Origin: a virus
IMG/VR virus record: IMGVR_UViG_3300050821_006235
Span: 1-64,000 of that record
Strand: one strand, 5' to 3'
Length of the DNA stretch: 64,000 nt
How positions within the stretch are numbered: position 1 is the stretch's first letter; the number at the start of each line of letters is the position of its first letter. Shown here in pieces: positions 18,798 through 27,142 of this stretch. Below the pieces are notes generated by a model, which was not told the DNA's origin, ran no database searches, and saw nothing but the letters and a program-made list of their open reading frames with translations. The position numbers and the translations under genes are program-made.

Positions 18798-18990
18798 CCC
18801 GAGCGCCGTCCCGGACGATGCCCCACACGAGGTGACGTTCCGGAACGCGATCAACGGCCGGTGGTTCACCCGCCGGTACAGCAGCCGGGCGGAAGCCGAG
18901 GATGCCGCGCGCACCGAACGGCCGTTCAACAACACCGGGACCAAGATCAGACCGGTACCCACCAGCCCAGACGCCGAGGAGGCGGAGTGA
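18784..18990 (+). CDS. hypothetical protein
   Basis: Operonic. Confidence 0.55.
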   Translation: MTGPDPSAVPDDAPHEVTFRNAINGRWFTRRYSSRAEAEDAARTERPFNNTGTKIRPVPTSPDAEEAE

Positions 18991-19229
18991 GCAGCACCCA
19001 GCGCATCGCCTGGACGGAAGAACGCCATCACCAGCGCGGAGTCGTGAACGGCATCGACATGTTCGGGATCTCCTCGAACAGCCGACGGGGCGAGCCGCGG
19101 TGGGTCCTGTCCGGGACGCCATACGGCTACCGGCAGGACTTCGGGAAGTTCGACACCACCGATGAGGCCAAGGACCGGGCCGAGCTGGTGCTTGTCGAGT
19201 TCGTCGAGAAGCTCGGAGCGAGGTTCTGA
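18987..19229 (+). CDS. hypothetical protein
   Basis: GTGA coupling. Confidence 0.6.
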   Translation: MSSTQRIAWTEERHHQRGVVNGIDMFGISSNSRRGEPRWVLSGTPYGYRQDFGKFDTTDEAKDRAELVLVEFVEKLGARF

Positions 19230-19408
19230 TGGCCGCGTTGAAGCCGACCGACCTGCCCGAGGGCAGCGCCGTCCTGATCAGCGTTGAAGACGGCATCTTC
19301 CTCGCCGAGTTCTTCCCGCTGCGCCACGATCCGTACCGCACCGGGAGAGGGCAGGGCGCCACCATCGAGGAAGCCATCCGTGAGGCTCTGGACGAGGCAG
19401 GCGAGTGA
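19229..19408 (+). CDS. small HicB-N-like protein
   Basis: 59 aa read by hand: ..VEDGIFLAEFFPL..GQGATIEEAIREAL. Confidence 0.5.
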   Translation: MAALKPTDLPEGSAVLISVEDGIFLAEFFPLRHDPYRTGRGQGATIEEAIREALDEAGE

Positions 19409-19575
19409 TGGGCGCCGCCAGCATCCACGCCCAGTGCCTCGCGCTCCGGGAGCGGCAGGCCGGCTATGACATCTGCCGCAAGTCCAAGGGTCACACGGCG
19501 TCTGCGGACCCGCAGCGCCGAGAGCACTACGACCCGTCCAGCGAGCAGCGATGGACCGACGGCAAGGAGACGTGA
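19408..19575 (+). CDS. small hypothetical protein
   Basis: 55 aa read by hand, TGATG coupling. Confidence 0.45.
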   Translation: MGAASIHAQCLALRERQAGYDICRKSKGHTASADPQRREHYDPSSEQRWTDGKET

Positions 19576-19576
19576 G

Positions 19577-19753
19577 ATGCCACCGGAGACCTACGCGGAA
19601 CGCCAGGCCCGGCTCGCCGATGACACGGCGCCCGCCAAGCAGATGTACGTGTTCGAGGTCCAAGACCTGACGTTCGAGCAGGCCATGCAGATCCTCCGAG
19701 ACTTCCACGCGAAGGGTTTCAAGGCCGAGAGCGTGCCGTACGCCCCCCGCTGA
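19577..19753 (+). CDS. small hypothetical protein
   Basis: MPPETYAERQ...; AAGGAG RBS. Confidence 0.55.
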   Translation: MPPETYAERQARLADDTAPAKQMYVFEVQDLTFEQAMQILRDFHAKGFKAESVPYAPR

Positions 19754-19758
19754 ACCCC

Positions 19759-19799
19759 AAGAGCGCCTCACCGCCCGCAAGGGATGGTGAGGCGCTCTT
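19759..19799. terminator. intrinsic terminator hairpin
   Basis: AAGAGCGCCTCACC...GGTGAGGCGCTCTT 14-bp stem after operon end. Confidence 0.75.
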
Positions 19800-19946
19800 C
19801 CGTGTCGCCCCCCGGACGTCACGCACGGTAGTTGTAGCAGGCCCGGCAGCCTGAACGCGAGTCGATCAAAGCGCCGACCAGCGAAACGCCGAGAGCGCCC
19901 CACCTCATCCGATTCGGAGAGGCAGGGCGCTCGGTGTGTCTGCGGG

Positions 19947-20291
19947 TCACGCCTCGGCGAAGTCGGCCTTGCGTACGTCCGGCTGGGCCGTCGGCTCGAA
20001 CGTCGGCCAGCCCGGTGTCGCACAGCCCGCCGCGTGCAGAGCACACCGCAGGTTCGCGGAGAACAGACGGTGAGCGTCGGCCTCGGTGTCAGCGACGATG
20101 CCCATGAGGACACTCATCCACCGCTCGGTGATGACCACCGTCGTGTCCGGGTCGATGATGCCGTCGTCCACGCCGGCCAGGTTGGCGAGCTCGTCGTCGA
20201 CTGCGTCGGTGAAGGCGTCGAATCCGTCGTCGGAGTCGCGCTCTGGGTCACTGCACTCGAAGGTGAGATCGGCGATCAGGTAGAAGGTCAT
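19947..20291 (-). CDS. putative HicB-like antitoxin
   Basis: Acidic protein directly downstream of basic HicA-like gene. Confidence 0.5.
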   Translation of the reverse strand: MTFYLIADLTFECSDPERDSDDGFDAFTDAVDDELANLAGVDDGIIDPDTTVVITERWMSVLMGIVADTEADAHRLFSANLRCALHAAGCATPGWPTFEPTAQPDVRKADFAEA

Positions 20292-20297
20292 GTTTCG

Positions 20298-20507
20298 TCA
20301 CCCTTTCCAGCATGTGGCCCGGCGCAACTGGCCGAGCAGGTTGGTCACGTAGTTGGGGTCTGATGGCGTCAGGGACATGCTCTTCTTGCACTTCCTCGGA
20401 CACGGGCAGTACATCTTCCAGTACCCGTTGTGCCGAAAGACTCGCCATTCCTGCCGCTCCGCCTCCTCGCGGATCTCTTTCAGCTCCTTGCCGAGCTTGG
20501 GCGACAT
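20298..20507 (-). CDS. putative HicA-like toxin
   Basis: KELKEIREEAERQEWRVFRHNGYWKMYCPC..TPSDPNY..NL..LRR. Confidence 0.55.
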   Translation of the reverse strand: MSPKLGKELKEIREEAERQEWRVFRHNGYWKMYCPCPRKCKKSMSLTPSDPNYVTNLLGQLRRATCWKG

Positions 20508-20641
20508 CGGTGTCCCCTTACCTTCGGAGTGTAGGTCGGGGCACCATCCTGAACTAGAGCGGGGTTCCGGTTCCGGCGATTCTGAGATGAAACAGCAAGA
20601 TCCGAGCATCTGGCCACAACAGGCCACGGCGGGGACTCGGG

Positions 20642-21052
20642 TCACTCCCCGCGGATGACAGTCCGGTCCGCCGCCAGCACCTCATCAGCGGCACCGTCCC
20701 GCGACACCACGAACACCGGGATACCCGCCGGGATGCCGAGCGCCACCCGCTCCTCCGCTGATGGCATCCGCGAGGACACGTCCGTGTGGGCGTCGATCGT
20801 CACAACGGCCGGCTCGGGGATCACGTCCCGAACGTAACTGCGCTGGCCCGGCTCGGTCACGACCAGCCCCTCGTTGCGGAGGATCCCGATGGCCCTGCGA
20901 ACGGTCTCCCGCGAGACGCCGTGCTCTTGGATGAGGGTCTGTTCTGACGGGACGGTCTGCCCTGGTGCGAGCTGCCCGGAGGTGATCCGTTCTCGGAGCA
21001 GCCGCGCGATCCGCGCGTATCGCGGCTCGTACGAGTGCGGGTCCAAGGTCAC
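20642..21052 (-). CDS. GntR-family regulator (KorSA/TraR-like position)
   Basis: YARIARLLRERITSGQLAPGQTVPSE..GVSRETVRRA..EGLV. Confidence 0.9.
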   Translation of the reverse strand: MTLDPHSYEPRYARIARLLRERITSGQLAPGQTVPSEQTLIQEHGVSRETVRRAIGILRNEGLVVTEPGQRSYVRDVIPEPAVVTIDAHTDVSSRMPSAEERVALGIPAGIPVFVVSRDGAADEVLAADRTVIRGE

Positions 21053-21097
21053 GGAATGGACGCTAGGTCGCTACATCCGGACGCCTAGCCGGTGGTA

Positions 21098-21107
21098 CGT
21101 CTAGACG
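21098..21107. promoter_or_regulatory. putative GntR operator CGTCTAGACG
   Basis: Perfect palindrome fitting the HutC-type GT-N-TA-N-AC pattern, just before divergent ATG at 21110. Confidence 0.5.
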
Positions 21108-21109
21108 GC

Positions 21110-21307
21110 ATGACGAGTTGGCAATACCTTCGGAACGTGGACAGCCCACCGCCCATCCCGGAGTTCACCGTCACCCGATCACCTGACGGCGGGTGGCTGG
21201 CCGTCCACAAAGGTGACCCGCGGATCACCGTCACCGCGCCGGACCACGCCCGGCTCGCCCTGATGTGCGCCGCTGCCCGGATCCGCCGCACGTGGGCGCT
21301 GGCATGA
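21110..21307 (+). CDS. hypothetical protein
   Basis: Divergent from GntR. Confidence 0.55.
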   Translation: MTSWQYLRNVDSPPPIPEFTVTRSPDGGWLAVHKGDPRITVTAPDHARLALMCAAARIRRTWALA

Positions 21308-21612
21308 CCAGCCCGCCCATCGTCAACCTGGACACCGAGCGCGCCCACGGCTTGCACCTCGGGACGGCACAGGCCGGGTCCGAGAAGATCAAGTGGCGGA
21401 AGTGGGGACCGACCGCCAAGGCCACGGTCGTCGAAACCACCTGCACCTGCAAAGCGCGGGTGTACGAGTTGGGTCATGCGGGCGGCGAACGGTATATCGC
21501 CAGGATCGACCGGGCACCCGACCAGCGGGACGTGATCCTCTATGCGGGTCCGATGCTCGCCGGGAAGGCCGACCGGCTGTGGCAGAAGATCCTCACCGGC
21601 GAGGCCAGGTAG
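21304..21612 (+). CDS. hypothetical protein
   Basis: ATGA coupling; TCTC..YELGHAGG..W..ILTGEAR actinomycete family. Confidence 0.65.
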   Translation: MTSPPIVNLDTERAHGLHLGTAQAGSEKIKWRKWGPTAKATVVETTCTCKARVYELGHAGGERYIARIDRAPDQRDVILYAGPMLAGKADRLWQKILTGEAR

Positions 21613-21620
21613 CGCGGGGG

Positions 21621-21887
21621 TCAGTCTTTTGTCCCGTTATCGGGTCGTGACTCGCCCTCATCTGGCAGGCTGGCTGCACGCCGTTCGGCCCATTCCGGGC
21701 GCGGCGGAGGGTCCTTACGGAGCCCGAGCAGGTAGGCGACCGACAGCCGCAAATAGGCGTTCAGACTGCCCGTGACCTCGACGGCGGCACTGAGGGCGTC
21801 GGCATAGGTGGACTCGTCCGGCCGCCACGAGCGCGGGTTGGACTTGTGCTTGTCGGGCCGACCTCGCCGCTTGTCCTCTCTCGCCAT
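21621..21887 (-). CDS. putative ribbon-helix-helix DNA-binding protein
   Basis: HKSNPRSWRPD..Y..SLNAYLRLSVAYL; TGGTAGTTACCA near-palindrome upstream. Confidence 0.55.
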   Translation of the reverse strand: MAREDKRRGRPDKHKSNPRSWRPDESTYADALSAAVEVTGSLNAYLRLSVAYLLGLRKDPPPRPEWAERRAASLPDEGESRPDNGTKD

Positions 21888-22086
21888 ATCTGCGGGATCG
21901 TCTCACGAGCGATTGCGCCACGTAAACGACCGGGGTAGTGTGGCTTGTGGTTGGTAGTTACCATCCGTGATGACAGACTCCAGGATCTCCCCCGTCCTGG
22001 ACATAAAGCGGGGCCCCGCCGGAAGTTCTCTAGGCCGACGGCGGGGCCCCTTGATCGAGACACCCCCCGATGAAGGGCGCTCGACC

Positions 22087-22278
22087 GTGACTTACGTTAC
22101 CCACGGCATCCCCGCTGGCAACAGCGCGGTCCCATCACAGTCCGCCAAGACGCTGATGCACTGCGGCAAGCCGCTCCTCGGCGCCGCAACCCGCTGGTGC
22201 GGCACATGCGGCCACGTCGTCCTCGCCGCCGACGTCTCCCACGACTTCGTACCCGTCGCCGCTGGCGGTGCCCGGTGA
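22087..22278 (+). CDS. small zinc-ribbon protein
   Basis: HCGK..WCGTCG. Confidence 0.5.
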   Translation: MTYVTHGIPAGNSAVPSQSAKTLMHCGKPLLGAATRWCGTCGHVVLAADVSHDFVPVAAGGAR

Positions 22279-22709
22279 GCTTCGAGAAGATCACCCTCCA
22301 CGTCGCGGTCTGCGACAACTGCGGCCCGGACTGGTGGGACGACGGCCAGACCGAAGCGCCACCCTCCTTCAGCAACCCCTTCGAAGCCCGCGCGACCCTC
22401 ACCAGCGACTTCGAGTGGCGCATCACCCGGCAGATCGACGGCCGGTTCCGCATGCTGTGCGGCCCCTGCGCCGCCCGTGAGGACTGCGACACCTACGGCC
22501 ACCTGTGGAAGGCCGCAGACATCGACCCCACCGTCCCAAGCCCGCCGCGCGCCGCCCCGATCGAGATGTGCCGCAGGTGCGGGAAGGTCCGCCGTGAGGA
22601 CACCCCGCCGATCGACCACCCCGAGTCGATGACGGCCCTCCTCGGCGACGAGCAGGAGAACTGGCTCGCCCTGGTGGACGAGACCCTCTTTCCCAAGGAG
22701 GCGGCATGA
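22275..22709 (+). CDS. Cys-rich hypothetical protein
   Basis: Three CxxC motifs. Confidence 0.65.
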   Translation: MSFEKITLHVAVCDNCGPDWWDDGQTEAPPSFSNPFEARATLTSDFEWRITRQIDGRFRMLCGPCAAREDCDTYGHLWKAADIDPTVPSPPRAAPIEMCRRCGKVRREDTPPIDHPESMTALLGDEQENWLALVDETLFPKEAA

Positions 22710-23374
22710 CCGCCCGGCAGGGTGGAGTCTGCCTGCACTGCGGCAACACAACCGAACGCCCCATCAGGCGCGGACTCTGCGACAACTGTTACAAACACTC
22801 CCGCAAGCCCGAGAACCGGGATGCGTTCGATGCTGCCTACCCGATCATCAAGAAGCCTTCGGCCGCGCCCTCTCGCTTCTTTACAGCCCAAGGACTCGAC
22901 CTCTCGTCCGCTGATGACAGGTTCAGAAGCCGCTTCTGGGCCAAGACCGATCGGTCGGGCGCGTGCTGGGTCTGGACCAAGCACTGCACGCCCCAGGGCT
23001 ACGGACAATTCACAGTGAGCAGGGGCTCCTTCAGAGGCGCCCACTCCGTGAGCTACGCCCTCACTCATGGGATCGTCCCGGTCGGCATGCACGTCTGCCA
23101 CACCTGCGACAACCCGCCATGCGTGCGGCCCGATCACCTGTTCCTGGGAACCGCCAAGGACAACTCGGACGACATGTGGTCTAAGGGGCGTCAGGGAACG
23201 CGTCACCCCGGCATTGAGCGAGCCAACGCTCGCCTGACCGACGACGACGTCCGCGCGATCCGGGCCGTGTCGCCCTACTTCGGCCGCACAACTGATCTGG
23301 CACGCCAGTACGGCGTCTCCGACACCACCATCCGAAAGATCCTCAGGCGCGAGAAGTGGAGGCACGTCGCATGA
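22706..23374 (+). CDS. HNH homing endonuclease (HNH_3 type)
   Basis: RFWAK..CWVW..GYG..AH..CHTCDNPPCVRPDHL..GT..DN; C-terminal HTH. Confidence 0.9.
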   Translation: MTARQGGVCLHCGNTTERPIRRGLCDNCYKHSRKPENRDAFDAAYPIIKKPSAAPSRFFTAQGLDLSSADDRFRSRFWAKTDRSGACWVWTKHCTPQGYGQFTVSRGSFRGAHSVSYALTHGIVPVGMHVCHTCDNPPCVRPDHLFLGTAKDNSDDMWSKGRQGTRHPGIERANARLTDDDVRAIRAVSPYFGRTTDLARQYGVSDTTIRKILRREKWRHVA

Positions 23375-23628
23375 GCGAGCACTGGTCTGAACGGGCCCTT
23401 TGCGCCGAGGTTGGCGGTGACCTCTTCTTCCCGGAGAAGGGCGGCTCGACGTTCGAGGCGAAGAAGGTCTGCAAGGCGTGCGACGTCCGCGAGGAATGCC
23501 TTCAGGACGCGCTCGCCCGCGACGACCGCTACGGGATTTACGGCGGCCTTTCCGAGCGGCAGCGGCGGAGGCTCACCCGTGGGCGGGTGGCCGCAGCCAC
23601 GAAGACCGGACTGGCGGAGGCGTCATGA
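23371..23628 (+). CDS. whiB: WhiB-family Fe-S transcription factor
   Basis: ALC..DLFFPEKGGS..AKKVC..C.VREECL..GIYGGLSERQR. Confidence 0.95.
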   Translation: MSEHWSERALCAEVGGDLFFPEKGGSTFEAKKVCKACDVREECLQDALARDDRYGIYGGLSERQRRRLTRGRVAAATKTGLAEAS

Positions 23629-24851
23629 AGTTCATCTGGCGCACGACCCCCGACACCGGCGTCGTCGCCGCGGTGGCACGGCAAACCACCGCCGCAGCCG
23701 ACCTCGCCAGCATCGACGGCCAGGACCGGCTCGCCGACCCGCGAACCAACCCCGCCGTGCGCGGGCACGCCGACCAGCTCCGCGACACCCAGCACCGGCG
23801 CGCCCTGGACGCCGACCACGAACGGTTGCTGCGCCGGCACCGCGTCGCCGACACCCGCGCCCAGCACGCCGAGCGCGCTCTCCAGGCACTCCAGGCCGCC
23901 CGTGAGGCGTCGTCGGCAGCCCGGTCGGTCCTCGCCCTCGATCAGGGCCGCACCCGGTTCATGGGTGTCGCTCTGACCGCGTCCCTGGCGCTGTCGGCAG
24001 GGTCCGCGATGGGTGTCGCCGCTCTCGCCGAGCGACTCGGTGCGCCCGGCCAGGTCGGGTACATCGCCGAGGTCGGCCTGACCGGTCTCACCACCACTGT
24101 GATCCTGTACCGGTCGCATCTCGCCCAGCACGGCGGACGTCTGACCGGCTGGAAGGCGTGCGTTCTGTGGCTGCTCATGGTCGGCCCGCTGGTCTCTTCG
24201 ATGGTCGCGAACGCGTTCGGGACGGGGCCGGTCGGGGTGGCCTGCTCGGTGGGTGCGGCGGCGTTCTCGCTCCTGTCGTACGTGATCGCCGACGCGAGCG
24301 CGGAAGCGCTCCGGGTTCAGGCGGCGCTGGTGTCGGGAGCGGACGAACTGGAGCTGCGTGAGATCGCGACCGGCGACGAGTTGTTCACCGCGCGGGCCGA
24401 ACTGGGCATCGAACCGAACCTCGTTCAGTCCGGTCTGTCGGACCGGTCCGCCGAGGCGGTCCAGGCCGGTCCGGAAATCCAGACCGAGACCGGACTCCCG
24501 GACCGGTCTGCGGACCCGGACCGCGAGCCGGTCCCGGACCGGTCCGAGACGGCGGAACCAGGCCGCAATGGGGACCGGACCGAGACCGGACCGAAGACCC
24601 GGACCCAGACCGCCAAGAAGACCGCACCGAAGAAGCAGACCCGGACCGGACCCAAGACCCGGACCGACGTGCTCCTCGTCAGGGCCCGTGCCCTCGACGA
24701 GGCCCACCTCGAAGACACCGGCCGGCACATCTCCGCGGACAACCTGCGGGCCAAGCTCCACATCGGCAAGACGGCCGCCCTGGAGCTGGTCCGGCAGGTC
24801 CGCTTCACGCCGATCGACGACGAAACGACCGCCGAGGAGGCGACCGGATGA
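23625..24851 (+). CDS. Spd-like (SpdB/DUF2637-type) multi-TM plasmid-spreading protein with C-terminal HTH
   Basis: Coiled coil, about 4 TM segments, repeat linker, HISADNLRAKLHIGKTAALEL; in traB operon. Confidence 0.65.
   Translation: MKFIWRTTPDTGVVAAVARQTTAAADLASIDGQDRLADPRTNPAVRGHADQLRDTQHRRALDADHERLLRRHRVADTRAQHAERALQALQAAREASSAARSVLALDQGRTRFMGVALTASLALSAGSAMGVAALAERLGAPGQVGYIAEVGLTGLTTTVILYRSHLAQHGGRLTGWKACVLWLLMVGPLVSSMVANAFGTGPVGVACSVGAAAFSLLSYVIADASAEALRVQAALVSGADELELREIATGDELFTARAELGIEPNLVQSGLSDRSAEAVQAGPEIQTETGLPDRSADPDREPVPDRSETAEPGRNGDRTETGPKTRTQTAKKTAPKKQTRTGPKTRTDVLLVRARALDEAHLEDTGRHISADNLRAKLHIGKTAALELVRQVRFTPIDDETTAEEATG
24430..24666 (+). repeat. cluster of co-oriented GACCCGGA / GGACCG repeats (clt/TRS-like)
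   Basis: Perfect GACCCGGA at 24513, 24596, 24638, 24656; variants at 24495, 24531, 24602. Confidence 0.65.
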
Positions 24852-25084
24852 CCACCACCGAGACCACCACGTCGGGCGCGGCCAACACCGCACCCGGCAG
24901 CGCGAGGACCGGACGGTCCTGGAAGGTCCCCGCAATGCTCGGCTTCGCCGCCGCATGGTTGCTGGCGTTCGCCGGTCGCCTGGCCGATGCCCCGCCGATC
25001 GTCGGCTGGGTGGTCATCGGCCTGGCCGTGGCTGCGCTGGTCGCGGTCCGGGCGGTTGCCGCACGTCGCAGAGGTGCGAAGTGA
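24848..25084 (+). CDS. small 2-TM membrane protein (Spd-like)
   Basis: Two hydrophobic helices, basic tail. Confidence 0.65.
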   Translation: MTTTETTTSGAANTAPGSARTGRSWKVPAMLGFAAAWLLAFAGRLADAPPIVGWVVIGLAVAALVAVRAVAARRRGAK

Positions 25085-25308
25085 GCGCCGCCGCCGAGCA
25101 GCACGCCAAACGGGAGCGCCACACCCTGAGCAGGGCGCGGAAGGCCCGCACGCCGTTGCAGAAGACCGCGCCGTGGTTCGACGCGTGGCGGCGCCGGGTC
25201 TCCGAACTGCCACCGGAGGCGGCGGACGCGGAAGCGGTCGCATTGACCGCGCATCTGAAGGCAGCCATCGAGCGGCTCAAGCCACAAGACGGGGGTGACG
25301 GATCGTGA
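25081..25308 (+). CDS. hypothetical protein
   Basis: GTGA coupling. Confidence 0.55.
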   Translation: MSAAAEQHAKRERHTLSRARKARTPLQKTAPWFDAWRRRVSELPPEAADAEAVALTAHLKAAIERLKPQDGGDGS

Positions 25309-25787
25309 CCGGTACGGCCGAAATGAATGGGCAATCGGGCAAAGGCATCGACCCGGTGCCCTTCGAGGATGCGGCCCATCGCGACGCAGGCGCGCGCGCG
25401 GGCGACGCGCGCGCACGAGACGAGCAGATCGTAACAGACGGCGACGACGAACCGCCGCCACCCGCCGACCTGTTCGACGTCGAAGCGCTCATCAACCTGT
25501 GGGCGGACCAGGCCAAAGCCACCTCCGCCCGCATCTGGGCATGGTTCAGCGGCGACCGCGGAGTAGGCCGGGAGCACCCCGGCTCGCCCGTGGACCTCTT
25601 CACCTACTGGTGGCGTGCACCCATGGCCGGCAGCTCGCAGGCATTGCGGTGGGTGCAGCGCATTGACGCGCTGATGGTCGCCGCCCCGGGTGTCGCTGGT
25701 TTCACCGCGTTCCGCTGGCTGTGGGAGCGCCCCCTACGCCGCTACCTGTTCATCCTGCTCGCGTTCATCACCTGGAGGTACTCGTGA
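25305..25787 (+). CDS. membrane protein of transfer region
   Basis: Trp-rich, C-terminal TM. Confidence 0.65.
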   Translation: MTGTAEMNGQSGKGIDPVPFEDAAHRDAGARAGDARARDEQIVTDGDDEPPPPADLFDVEALINLWADQAKATSARIWAWFSGDRGVGREHPGSPVDLFTYWWRAPMAGSSQALRWVQRIDALMVAAPGVAGFTAFRWLWERPLRRYLFILLAFITWRYS

Positions 25788-26245
25788 CCACGTTGGCCGC
25801 CCCGTACAGCGTGGGTGTCCCGCAGCATTACACCGCCATCTCGATCTCAGCGGCCGTGGTCGCCCTGGTGCTGGTGCTGCTGCTCCAGTGGCGTCCGCTG
25901 GGCCGGTTGAGCTTCCTCGTCCCGTACCTGTGCATAGTCGCCGGGCTCGGTTTCGCCGCCGCGTTCCTGCGGTCGTGGGCGCACAGCTTGGCCGGGCTGG
26001 GCCGTACGACGATCCCGTACGTCGGTGTGGCGGTGCCGATCGTCGTTGCCGTGGTCCTGCTGTTCATCGTCCTGTACGACCTGTGGCCGGGTCATCCGAC
26101 GAACCGGACGACGGCTCTGGCGGCGACGTTGCTGCCCGCGTTCGGCCCGGAGATCGGCGGGTTCATCGGCTACGCCCTGGCTACCGCCCTGTCGTGGCTG
26201 GCGGTCACCGGGGCTGCCCTCATCGCCACAACGTTCGGAGTCTGA
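25784..26245 (+). CDS. multi-TM membrane protein (Spd-like)
   Basis: 4-5 hydrophobic segments. Confidence 0.75.
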   Translation: MTTLAAPYSVGVPQHYTAISISAAVVALVLVLLLQWRPLGRLSFLVPYLCIVAGLGFAAAFLRSWAHSLAGLGRTTIPYVGVAVPIVVAVVLLFIVLYDLWPGHPTNRTTALAATLLPAFGPEIGGFIGYALATALSWLAVTGAALIATTFGV

Positions 26246-26247
26246 CC

Positions 26248-27090
26248 ATGGAACTGCTGACCTTGTGCTTCGTCCTGGCGTGGACGATGCGGCACTGGTG
26301 GGACGGCCGCAAGAACGACTACCGGTCCCCGGACGGCGACTACCGGCAGCGGGTGCGGGGTGCTTCCCAGCGGCACGCCGGGCAGCGGTTCGCCGCCGGT
26401 TGGGGCCTGTACCAGCTCCGCCACGGGTGGGGGCCGATGGCCGCCGACGTCCGTGACGGGTGGGACGGCGCCCATGCGGCGGCCGACCGGTGGCGAGGAG
26501 GCGAAGCCGACCGGCCGACCATCCGCGACGCGTGGCGGGGCGGGTGGGGCGGCGCCGCACGGCCTGAACCGGCCATCCCACAGCGTCCCGGCTCGCCCGG
26601 CCCCGCACCCGCACCCGCACCGATTCCCGTGCCGACCGCGCCCAACGTCCCGGTCAACCCGACCAGGACCACACCCGACACCACAACCGGAGGAACCATG
26701 GCTGAAACCGCGACCGGCGAAGTCAACATCGGCGTCTACCGCCTGCACCTGCGTGTCGTCATCCGTGACGCCACACAGAGGATGGAAGACGCCGCCCGTC
26801 GTATCGCCGATGCCGACGCGGCGATCACCGCGCGGGGCGCCACCCACGACAGCCTGTCGGGCGCCGGGCTCGGCCCGCAGACCACCGGCGGTATGGCCGC
26901 CCTCATGGAGTACGCGCTCGAAGAGAGACGCGAGGCCGGGCAGGCGCAGGCGCGAGCCGAGGCGGAGCGGGCCACCGCCGAGGCCGAACTCGCCAACCTC
27001 GACGCCCAGGGCCACACCACCATCGAGGAAGCCGTCGGCGCGGCGTCCGCACCGGTGGCGACCGACACCACCTTCTACCAGCGGGTCTGA
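26248..27090 (+). CDS. TraA-like accessory transfer protein; possible internal start at 26698
   Basis: Pro-rich linker, GGAGGAACC-ATG at 26698, helical C-terminal domain; directly upstream of traB. Confidence 0.6.
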   Translation: MELLTLCFVLAWTMRHWWDGRKNDYRSPDGDYRQRVRGASQRHAGQRFAAGWGLYQLRHGWGPMAADVRDGWDGAHAAADRWRGGEADRPTIRDAWRGGWGGAARPEPAIPQRPGSPGPAPAPAPIPVPTAPNVPVNPTRTTPDTTTGGTMAETATGEVNIGVYRLHLRVVIRDATQRMEDAARRIADADAAITARGATHDSLSGAGLGPQTTGGMAALMEYALEERREAGQAQARAEAERATAEAELANLDAQGHTTIEEAVGAASAPVATDTTFYQRV

Positions 27091-27097
27091 TCGCAAC

Positions 27098-27130
27098 GGC
27101 AGGTGCCCGGAAACGGTCCGGGCACCTGCC
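27098..27130 (+). promoter_or_regulatory. 14-bp hairpin immediately upstream of the traB RBS
   Basis: GGCAGGTGCCCGGA-N5-TCCGGGCACCTGCC. Confidence 0.55.
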
Positions 27131-27142
27131 CATGGAGGGGAG

